A stretch of DNA of 64,000 bases from contig NC_092674.1 in the NCBI RefSeq assembly GCF_964355755.1, forward strand, positions 25,296,001 to 25,360,000. The letters run 5' to 3'. Positions 27,201 through 37,800 of the stretch are shown here, piece after piece. The notes under the pieces were generated by a model. The model worked only from the letters and a program-made list of their open reading frames with translations. It did no database searches and was not told the DNA's origin. The first letter of the stretch is position 1; the number at the start of each line of letters is the position of its first letter. The position numbers and the translations under genes were made by a program. Source of the DNA: Antedon mediterranea (Eukaryota > Animalia > Echinodermata).

Positions 27201-30200
27201 CTTTATTTTATTTTTATTTAGATGACAACACCCGTGTGGTTCTTGACAAGATTGAAAATGTTCCAGGATCCGATTACATTAATGCTTCATATCTAGATGT
27301 AAGTTTAAAAATTAAAATGACTAAACAAATTTGTTAAAGTCATATTTTTCATACATTTATGATCAAATTGTCAAATTATTGTTTTTAGTAAAAAAAATGT
27401 TTAAATGCTGTCCTGGGAAGAGTATGGTTGAAAGACTCTCTGTAGGGTATTCGGTACTTATTTATACAACCACATAATTAACAACAATTTATAATTATTG
27501 TAGTTATAAAATCATAATACTATATTGTTTAGCATCGTTCGTGTAATTGTTTTAAAAATGTTAAGTTGTACTTTTTCAGGGATATACAATACCACATGAG
27601 TTTATCGCATGCCAAGGTAAGCTTTAATACATATATTACAAATGTATTAGCCTATTCCTTCTTAGTAGAATTTTCCTTGGTGTTTGTATTGTTTAACTTA
27701 TTTTTTTTAATTTCCAGGACCAAATGTGGCTTCAGTCAACGATATGTGGCGAATGGTCTGGAAAGAGAAGTGTCGAGTGATTGTCGTAGTTACGAATCTT
27801 GTTGAAGGAAACCGAGTAAGGCCTATAATTTTCTAGTATGTTTGACAGTGCGAAGGTGTCAGTGATACAAATTATGAAATATGCATAGGTATTAATGATA
27901 CTGACACTGAATAAAGTCTAAATAAATCGTTTATTTTACGCAACTCCGACCGCCGGTAGGATTATTCCAACAAACAAACAAATTAAGTGTGTTACTGAAT
28001 ATTATAACACAATCCAGATTTTAAAAACACTCAATGTGTGTCTTAACATTTTAACTCAATGTGTTTGTTTGTGTAAGTTCCGGCAATAATTATATGTGGT
28101 TAGCTAATCACACTTATTATTATAATACGGAACAGGTTCGGTTGTATTCGTTTATGTCTTGGCATATTTTATTTTTCAGAAAAAATGCGAACAATACTGG
28201 CCTGACTTAAACAATATGGAGAAATATGGAGAAATATCTGTAGCAAATACTCGTGAAACTAACTACGGTCATTATGTGACCCGGATTTTTCAACTTCAAA
28301 GGGTAAAATACGATTTTATTAAGTTACATTCAGTTAATTGTGTTAAGAAATAAATATGCTAGAATATGATTATGTTAAGAAATAAATATGCTAGAATATG
28401 AATTGTGTTAAGAAATGTATGCTAAAATGATTATGTTAAGAAATGAATATGTTTGGTAAAATGAATACGCCAGGAATAAATATAATAATAATAAAACGTA
28501 CAACGTAATAATAAAAAAGTACTTTCAGCTTAAACTTTATAATATGAAAGCAATTTAAATGTAATTAAATTTTAACAAACAGTTTATAGAATCAGTTCTC
28601 TTAATTTAGAAGTTATTTATAGCTTATTATTTGAGTGAGAGCATTTTGTTTTAATCTCACAGGATGAAGATGACGAGCCTATCTATAATGTATTCCAGTA
28701 TCATTTCACCGAATGGCCTGACAAGAGTGTTTCCAACGCCGTTCCGCAGCTAATCGACTTTATCCAAACGTTTAGAAAAACTCAGCAGAAGTTTTCTAGC
28801 AACAGTGGACCAGTTATTGTACATTGCAGGTAATATGATCATAATGATACTTTCCACAATATACTGAGAGAAACTTGTTGAAAACGTTTGTCTTAATTAA
28901 CAGCCAAGAGTGTTCATTCAGATTTATTTATTTACTAAACTTTGTTTTACAATGGTATGCTGTACTTCAGCAGTAAAGCTGACTGGAAGAACAATAAACA
29001 TATACAGGCAATTGATGTTATGCAATTATTTTAGAAGAACATCAGACACTTAGCTAGTAGAACAGTTTGTAGAGAAGAAACTATGAAATTATATTCAATC
29101 TAAATTAAGATCTAACCACAAATTTGAATCCTTTTTTTACATTTTTTGTTATTATTCAAATATGTTAGTGCTGGAGCTGGAAGGACAGGAACTGTGATCG
29201 CCATTGCAGCCATGTTGGATATGTCGAAAGATCAAGGCAAAGTGGATGTGTTCAATTTTGTACGGAATATGAGACAGAACCGTATTCAAATGGTTCAAAC
29301 AGAGGTAAGACAAATCAGTTATTTCATGTTATCTACTTTATTACGAATTTAATGTGTGGTGCCACATGACAACTACTGTACTAACAAGAACATTTCCTAC
29401 TGAATTTTTTAAAACGACATTTTTTAACAATCCAATATTTAGTCTAGTAACATTTCGCAATTTGTCATTTGGCACACGAAAACACACAGATCCGCTTATG
29501 GCTTTATTAGTAAACAATTCAATTGCATTGCTATTTTTAGGAACAATATAAGTTCATCTATGCCGTTATACTTGAAGAGTTGTTTTGTGGAGAGACTGTG
29601 ATTCCTGTAAATGATTTACAAAATGAAATACAAAGACAGGCTCAACACACTCCATCGAGTTTTGATTATCAACTCAAAGTGAGCATTATGATTTTTTGTT
29701 GTTGAATATAATATATTGTATAACACAAATAAACTTAAATACAGAAGCACTTCCTCTTTAACTGTTAGTACAGTTTGCAAAAGCTACCATAAATAATATT
29801 TATTAAACAATACACAAAAATGATGGACAATTAATTTTGTGTTGAAAAATGTACCTGAAACTCGTATACAACTGTTACACAATTACGTGTTACCAATTTA
29901 AAAAACAAACAACTATGGGAGATTATTATGATCTGGTCCGCACTCTATCAACGAATTAGATGACAATTGACTGTCTACTTTTTGTAACCCGTCACTACGC
30001 TGTGTCTACTGGGAGCAATCTTGTGCGATATCATGAATGGACATTTGCTGTGCTTTTCTTCTAACCAAACACACTTAATTTGTATATTTTTAGACTTTGA
30101 ATTGTCTATTTCCCCTTCCCGTTGATGATCTTACTTCACACGCACGACAACCTGAGAACGTTTCCAAGAACAGATTCCATGACGTGGTTCCACGTAAGTA

Positions 30201-32669
30201 ATGTGAGGTTATAAAGGAAAAACAGATATGCTGATAAAACAACGCTCTATAAATTATTATTCAGAAGTTTGTTTTCAGAAGTCATGTATTATTATCTCAT
30301 AAAACGTTATCATCTCATAAAACGTTATCATCAATTTCTGCATATGTATACAACACGAACTACATCTTATTTTCAGAATAATATTTGAGAGTAGAGAACC
30401 TTCGTTCTGATTGGTCAGTTTCACAATGCTATTGATGCAGGTTATCTGACGGCAAGTTTAAAAATGTCATTTCTTTTCTTTTTTGTTTGTCTTGCAGTTA
30501 ATAGAGCTCGTCCATTGTTAATGTCACCATCCGACCGTGGCACTGATTATATCAATGCATCCTTCTGTAACGTAAGAAAACTATATTCTATTTTTAAGCG
30601 TAGAATTTTAATACCATAATAAGCTATTTATCGTATTATCCGCATTAGATCTTCCAAGAATGTTATTTAGTTTTCTAAGTTTTAATTGTCAGGTTCACAA
30701 GAAACGCAACGCGTACATTGTGACACAGGCTCCATTGGCTAAGCCAGCTAATACTGCTGAGGACTTTTGGCGTCTGGTGTTTGACTATAAATCTGACGTC
30801 ATTGTGCAACTGAATGACATAGACCAAACCTGTGCCGCCTACCTTCATAAGCAAATAAAGCAGCCAATAAAATTCGGGCAATTTACTGTTACTGTTGTAT
30901 CAGTGGTTAAGAAAGAATTTATGATTGAAAGAAAAATATCACTACAAAAGGTAGGTTTTTGTTACTGATATATTGATATTGTTACTGGATGTCGACTTTA
31001 TTGTTACAGTAACCACTTGTGAATTGTTGACGAATTATAAATGATCTTCGGGGTTAAAGACATAAAAACAGAGGTGCACAGTACACTTTTTATGATTTAT
31101 ACAGATATTAATTATTTATATCAAAAAACAAAATTAACAGTCATAATTACTTGAGTGTTTCTTCTTAGGATAACAATGTACGGGAAATTGTTCACTTCGA
31201 GTTTAGACAATGGCCAAATGGGAAGAACGTTCCCGAAGTTGATCCGTTTGTGAGGTTCATCACAAACATTGGGGAGGGAACTTTGTCTAAAAATAAACCA
31301 ATCATCGTTCACTGCCTGTAAGTACACATCGTATTATCTACTGCTGTTTTATTTTGAGTTAGAAAGGATATATATTAAGACACCTTCGGAACCGTAACAA
31401 CATTAACAATACGGTATTTAGTCCCAATGGGTTGGTTGTAGTGTGCTCATCAATCGCTTCACGGAAAACTGTCCCCATAATAGGGGTATCTCAAATACTG
31501 TAAATGGGTAGGTTAATTAGCTAAATGAAATTTATAGACCTACAGACATATAATAAATAATACCAAATTGGAGTTACACCAAAATAGGATAACCACACGA
31601 ACTGAAAAAGTACGCACTTTTAAATGTTAATTGAATTTCAAAACTGTATTTCATTTCTAAAACCACGTTTTGTTTTACTATAATTATTTCTTTTTTATAA
31701 AAGGGATGGAGTTTGCAGATCTGGATTGTTCTGTCTAATTCATTCAATGATCGAGAAAATGAGAGAAGACAAGGTGGTGGATGTATTCCAAGCACTTAAA
31801 ACGTTTCGTTCAACGTGCCCTACAATGCTGAAAACCAAGGTACTAGGCCTATATCCTATTTTGTTTGAGATATTTCTACATTTTATACTACAAAATAGAA
31901 GAAAAAGTCCTTAAATCACCATGTATAAAATAAACAAGTCAAAAAATACTTTTTACCACTATATGCTGACTAACAGCTTTGTTTATGGGAAATGACTGAT
32001 TTATCTAAGTTCTATTTACTTATATTTTCTTATGTAAAAGGGTCCTACAAAAAACGAAGCTACAGCTTTTTTATGCAGAATCCTTGTTATCAGTTGTATT
32101 GCAATTATGATTTAATTGATGACTAAATAAATGTGGAATAATAATAATAATAATTAATCACCATTGTGGTTAATTTATTGAAAAATAAACCTTTGATTGT
32201 AAAATATCTTAATCTTCTTCTTCTTGTGATCATGTCTGGTTCTCGGGACCGTTCTATGGTTACCACCAGTAGGCTTTCTTCATCAAGGCTTCTATGAATG
32301 GATGACGAGTCAGAGCAGTAGTAGTAGACCATACCCAGTACCGTTTTGATTATGATCAATCGGGAAATTACCTTACGACATACTTTGAAGATAATTGTTC
32401 TACCAGAGTTCCCTATTTATGCAGTTTGAAAGAACTGGTCGTTAAAGTGAACTGTTCTTGATTGTGGCAAGATATGTCAACAATTTAAAACCATGACTTC
32501 TTCTTTCCACGTTTACGCAGTGTTAGCAGTATTCCCTTCATAATTGTGTTACCAAGACCTTTTGTAACTTTTAATGATTCTTTTTTTAATTGCATAGGTT
32601 CAGTACAATTTCTGTTATGACGCAGCCAAATGCTATGTGCAGAATTACCAAGAATATGTCAATGTTTAA
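12237..32669 (+). CDS. Receptor-type tyrosine phosphatase with Tie-like ectodomain (SP-Ig-Ig-EGFx4-FN3x3-TM-PTP D1-PTP D2), tandem copy 2, apparently complete
   Basis: Exons: 12237-12321 (signal peptide MLAKCFPNCIRLFIGLAFSSLTFQSGSS), 13153-13530 (Ig1), 17577-17825 (Ig2, DDGVYEC...RLIVR), 18095-18229, 18800-18940, 20405-20560, 22728-22868 (EGF-like), 23191-23502, 23964-24031, 24203-24437, 25045-25353 (FN3), 25839-25923 (TM VIIGCLVPALLVLVLVLILI), 26082-26179, 26386-26639, 26965-27052, 27222-27298, 27580-27616, 27718-27815, 28180-28302, 28663-28829, 29169-29304, 29541-29678, 30094-30193, 30498-30571, 30693-30950, 31169-31317, 31704-31839, 32598-32669 (TAA). All splice phases join without stops. 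The first exon is the least certain. Confidence 0.88.
13762..16933 (+). mobile_element. 5'-truncated LINE (CR1/L2 group, Crack/L2-like) with frameshifted ORF2 (AP endonuclease C-terminus plus reverse transcriptase), in PTP intron 2
   Basis: EN motifs ITGDMNLD, PTRIT..SASIIDNI and SDISDHLP (13762-14121). Frameshifts near 14100 and 14475. RT ORF 14545-16269 has NYRPISILP, QYGFR, FLDLSKAFDT, GVPQGSIIGPLLF and FADDT. AT-rich 3' UTR, AATAAA at about 16907 and an A-tail ending at 16933. Confidence 0.93.
17060..17406 (+). mobile_element. Fragment of Helitron family B (3' end)
   Basis: GGGGTATCAAAATG and AATTGTACTGGGAATGTTATAAACTAC are reverse complements of repeats at about 10500-10710. Ends in the hairpin AACCCTGT-TACAT-ACAGGGTT followed by CTAA. 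Confidence 0.5.
19270..20000 (+). mobile_element. Degenerate Penelope-like retroelement fragment (RT thumb plus GIY-YIG endonuclease)
   Basis: Across frameshifts it reads QALRI.RICS, then NVIYL..CKICGKQYV(R)ETKN..HMRITQHKSSIK...DQPVAECFNS, the PLE GIY-YIG pattern. Confidence 0.75.
20878..22174 (-). mobile_element. Helitron family A, complete non-autonomous copy in a PTP intron
   Basis: Minus-strand 5' TCTTCTATATATAAATTTACG and 3' CTAG, inserted between A and T. Perfect 13-bp arms CTAGATGGTACGC/GCGTACCATCTAG at 20878-20914. Confidence 0.8.
28335..28455. repeat. Short tandem repeat, ~31-33-bp units (TGTTAAGAAATAAATATGCTAGAATATGA)
   Basis: Three to four consecutive, progressively degenerate units in an intron. 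Confidence 0.75.
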
Positions 32670-33077
32670 TGCAGTGAGGATGGAAGGTTTGAAGAAGCCG
32701 AACACACTGGGAAAAGTTATATTTTAATTAAAGTTTCTTAAAGATTTTGCTTCCCACTGGACGAAACACAATGACGTAAACTGTGCAACGCAAGCAAATT
32801 GACCAATGACAAGCGAAAGTTTGAATAATCCATCTCTTGTGATTGGTAAAGTTACTTGCGTTGCTCTTTCGTCGTTGCATTCCAGTGGGAAACCAAGTAT
32901 TAATAAGTGAATACATCTCTTTATAGTAATACATTTCCTCATACACCAACATTGTTATTATTATTATTTTTATATACAAAAGTTGTATTTCATTCAATAT
33001 TGTTTATTCTACAATAATATCATTTTTGTTGATATCAAGTTTGCGGTATACTACGTATATTAGTTCTGGAAAGAACT

Positions 33078-33125
33078 GTTGAGTTTCTCGATGTTTCGAT
33101 ACTTTGATCGTCCTCAGGAGTGAGA
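33078..33125 (-). ncRNA. Minimal hammerhead-ribozyme-like motif of Penelope pLTR type
   Basis: Minus strand reads CUC-CUGAGGA-CGAU(CAAAGU)AUCG-AAAC-AUC-GAG: core CUGANGA, stem II, GAAA and a CUC/GAG stem I. Confidence 0.5.
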
Positions 33126-34383
33126 ATGCAGAAAGTCCAGAAAACTTGGAATATAAGTGGATAAGGGTGGGACTGGTGTGAAAGCGAGAAATAATGGCAA
33201 GTTCACAACTGCAAAAATGAACTTGTTACAACTTGTAACCAGGATCGCAGTGTGAAGACACCAGAGATGCATGTTCTTTTGTTCCGAGAAGTTCCGAGTT
33301 TTTACTGCGCATGTGTAATTGTCCTGGTATTTTACTGACCAATAACAGTAATTTTATGATTATATTATTGTCATGCAATATATATGCAGTGTGAAAATGG
33401 TATAAGTCGGGCGTTGTATTACTGGTATTTAAAAACAGTAAATAAACCATCATTACGAACAAAGAGTATATATAGGTACTTATAGTTATACTTGTCATAT
33501 TTGAATATAATAGTTATATTTTAGCTCTGACGAAGGAATAGTGTTTTACGAAGACATTATTGTCTTATTTCTAGCTTTTTTACTTTTTACCGTTTTCATT
33601 TAACCTTTTGCTTTAAAGGCCAGGTGCGGGCAAAAAATTTCTATTGATCATACATTCCATTAATTATCAATCTATAGTTTCCCCTATGTTTCATAATTTT
33701 GGGGATTTTATTTGTGTTACACTTTCTTATCAGTGGGAGGATAGTTCAAATTACACAGTATGATCTCTATTTGTTTGTACACACATTTTGTAAATAGAGA
33801 GGCATTTTAAAAAGCTATGAAAAATAAACCGTGTGGTAAAAAATGTTATCAGATGACTAAATATAGGTAATATAACTTGAATATTACATTTCTGATATTT
33901 TTATTCAACTTCAGATTTTTATTTTCATGCTATAGTAAAAATTATCCACCGTATATCCACCATCTTTTTTCACCGTCTAGGGAGTCATCAGACATGTTAT
34001 TACATTAGGTTAACTACCTAACTACTGAAAAAAAGTCTTCCTGGTTTTTATGGAAGAATTTTGCCAAATTTTGTATTTGACCATATTAAGTGAAATTCAT
34101 GTTTTTTCGTCTCGATTTCTGTTACAAATATTTGATTTATGTACAATTAACCAAATATTAAATTTAAACTTCATGCCTGTATCTGAGCTTTAAGATCCAG
34201 CCACTGATGATTCTTTGTTTTCTACATTCTTATTATAGGCTTTCCGTTTTTGTAAACTTTTCATTAAACTAATTCATATTTTTGGTATTTTAATACTCAG
34301 TCAGTGAATTGAAATTACATAATAATATTGTAACAGTATAACATAAAACATTGATTGACATTACACAATTAAATCAATTTAGA

Positions 34384-34480
34384 AACAAGGCCATATACAT
34401 GGCTGCAGTCGCGTGACCTAGTGAGCTGTAGAGTCGCGTTGCACGCGATGGATGGATGGACGGGAGGCAATCGATTTTTG
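34384..34480 (-). mobile_element. Short Helentron/DINE-1-like (HINE) non-autonomous element fragment
   Basis: Reverse complement matches 63501-63632 (CAGCTCACTA...CACGCGACTGCAGCCATGTA...TATGGCCTTGT). Adjacent (GGAT/GGAC)n microsatellite. Confidence 0.45.
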
Positions 34481-34882
34481 AGTACGTATCATCAATGATA
34501 CATGGCTGCCACATGTCCAATAATAGAAAATTACTAATATATTTAAAGAGGTTAACAATTTAAATAGTTTTTTAAAAAGTGCATTTTTGTGCCTTTAAGT
34601 TATGTGTTTCTTGTTGAATTCAATCTTAAGTAATACATTTATGTAATAATTTATAGTTTATATTGTTTAATGTAATTTGTGGATTTCACATTAGCTATTT
34701 TCCATCAATTTATTAATAAAAATATGTTTTAATATAATTATTATTTATAATTATTTTTATGCACCCCGTACGCATGCACCCCGTACCTTGGGGTTATCCA
34801 ACGCATGCGCAAACAACACAAAACATAGACTGCCCTGCTGCTGATAAAAAAAAAAATAAGCAGAATTGAGAGAAAAAATATT

Positions 34883-37800
34883 ATGGCATTGAAATTGTGT
34901 AGTGTGACCACCTGGAATCGAGTACGTATTATAATCTTAATCGTCTTCTTTCTTTTCTTCTTATTGGATCGATCTCTTCTTTAACATAATAGTAAATACT
35001 TACCAGGCGGCCTGTCTAGTCTATAAAGGCTAGGCTAAGCCTGCATGGTTTCAGCCGACACAGCCGCCGACTGAAGAAACGGCCGCCGATCGAAACACAT
35101 CCAATCATACATAGCATAGGCCCCCCATAGGCCTAGGCCTATATAAGCTAACTTAGGTAGGCCTAGGCCCAGCCTACCTTCTGGCCCTAGTTATTAAATA
35201 ATATAACCTAACGATATCATTAATACTGCCTAGTAGGCACAGTCTAGTAGTAGTAGGCCTAATGCAGTAGAGTAAGTAAAGCGGCCGGGCGCCTATCTAC
35301 AGTATTCTAATTTCTATAGTATACTAGGCCGGATGCTAGTTAAGTCGCCCCATCGCAAAGTCGCCCCATACAAAGTCGCCCCTTACACAGTCGCCCCATC
35401 GCAAAGTCGCCCCGACACAGTCGCCCCATTGCAAAGTCGCCCCAATGCAAAGTCGCCCCAACGCAAAGTCGCCCCATCGCAAAGTCGCCCTATCGCAAAG
35501 TCGCCCCAAAACGTTAAAAAATAGTTTACAAGTGCGTAAAATGTCGCAATGATACACAAAATAACACGGAAAGTCTCAGGTCACACGATCGGCGCGCACC
35601 TCCATCATCAGAGAGGAAGCCCCCAATCACTCCGCGGTCGCACTAACGTGCTAGCTTTACCAGAGGGAAACCCCGTAATTACTCCGCCGTTGTCGCACTA
35701 CAACGCACCATCTGAAATGGGGAAACCCCGCCGGAGTTTTACGATGATATCAGTCGCGTTCGAAATCGGTCGCGTTTAATTTTGGTCGCGATAAAATGAT
35801 GTTATACGATCTAGATTATTTTTACTTTGGTCGATGAATATTTATTATTATTATTAGGCCTATATTAATAATTGATTTTTGTTTTTATTTTACATATCAG
35901 TATGATGAGAAAGATGTTTACAAGATGATTACAATTTGTAAACATAGTTTAAGATTATAGTATTATCCAGCATAATGTCATTTAACAGTACATAATTATT
36001 TAAATGTGAAATATTTTATAGGAAACGTAGGCTACGTCTGTGTCTTTTATTTTATACGTAAAACAATTTATTTATAAAAATTCAGTTTACTATTATATAC
36101 ATAGTATTACAATGAACATTGATTGTAAGCCTGGAAAGGCAATCCCATCATTATATCCATTATAAAATGGCATCATATCACCACTATGTCGTATATAAAT
36201 GATGACGTGCGTGTGTATTCGTTGTACGTCCGTGTACGTATTATTCCGTGCCTCTTCACTGTCTTGTTTAAATTTAAATTAAATAAACACCCGATATGAG
36301 GATATTTATTAGGCATGATAATTAGAATGTTCTATAACCAAAAGGGTTGAAAAGAATGTCTTCAGTAAAATGATCATTGTGCTGTTGAATAAAAGGCGAC
36401 TCGCCATCTGAAACATTCTCTGAAACCAATCGGAGCCGCGCCTTCTGGTATCTGCAGTTTCCTCACAGCTGCTACGTCTTTCTGCTGACCGTCGGGGATT
36501 CCCCTTTTTAAAAAACACGCACACGATACTGTACGATGGTTTTTCCATGGTCAAAATGTAGCGTTTAAATTTTACTAAAATACCTGCATGTAAAATATCG
36601 GCGATGAAATCCTTTTTTTTTTTATTTCTTCATTTTGAAAAGTCATTATAAAATTAAGACACATAACTTGTCAATAAATGCAAAATGATCAATAAGTAGC
36701 CTATAACACTCATTGTTTTAACTACTGTAAATCTATACGAAGGCCTACTACACATGTATACATTTATTATATTATCCTAAAAAATGAGCTGGTATCCACG
36801 CGTAGGTTGAAAAAAGATTCGTAATTGTGGCTCTGGTAGCTAATTTTAAAATCCTATTAAATTAACATTTTCAAAAATATAAATCGGGGATAATCTTTTT
36901 AGAACTTTCAAACAAGGGACTATTTTTTTAATGATTTTTAAAAAGCACATCACTCCATTAAAACCTGTAAAATAAAAATTAAAACACAAATTATAATAGG
37001 ATAAACATTATAATGTATACGACATTTAGCGCGACCAAAGTAACAACGCAATCGATATCAAACGCAACCGATATGGTTAAAACCGTGGGCGACTTTGCGA
37101 TGGGGCGACTTTGCGTTGGGGCGACTTTGCGATGGGGCGACTTTGCGATGGGGCGAATGTGCCGGGGCGACTTTGCGATGGGGCGACTTTGCGATGGGGC
37201 GACTTTGTATTGGGCGACTTTGTATGGGGCGACTTTGCGATGGGGCGACTTGACTGGATCCCACTAGGCCTATAGGGCTTCTTATTTATTAGGGCTTAGG
37301 CTAGGCCTACTGTATTATGATTTAGGATGGAAAATATGGCCTTAGCGTCAATTATTAATATTTTTATTAATAATTATTGGTCGTCTTGTCTTGATTCTTC
37401 CACATTTAAAGCATGGAGCTGATTCTTGTTTCACATGATTTTATTTTTTTATCTTGTTATCAGGCTGTGACTGTCTGCAAACATTTTGCAAGCTTTCCAC
37501 CCAAAAGTGAACCTCAAATTCCCGAGTGGAAGAAACCAGAAAATGAAGATGAAAAGTTAACCAGGGCAAGATTGTTATATCAAAGTCGCAAGAGAGGCAT
37601 GTTGGAGAATGGACTTCTTCTTAGGTAGAGTAGGTTGTATAATTGTTATGGCTAAAGATACGGTACCGTATCCATACTTCTAAAAACTAAAGGTACGGTA
37701 ATTTTAGAGGGCACTATTTAAGGTGGATGTTAATCAAATAGGTTATTGTATTGGTTTTCTGCAAGCCAGCTGTGTAGCCTAATGGGTATGTGATGAGGCT

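Noticed and set aside
33613-34598. Possible TTAA-flanked Kolobok element (TTAAAGGCC...GCCTTTAA)
   Set aside because: The inverted match is only about 4 bp beyond TTAA; not enough to define ends.
35333-35557. ORFs with repeated KVAP/WGDF peptides and a CRISPR-like look (also 37013-37267)
   Set aside because: Translations of the tandem AAAGTCGCCCC units in transposon arms; spacers are only 4-5 nt, there are no cas genes and the context is eukaryotic.
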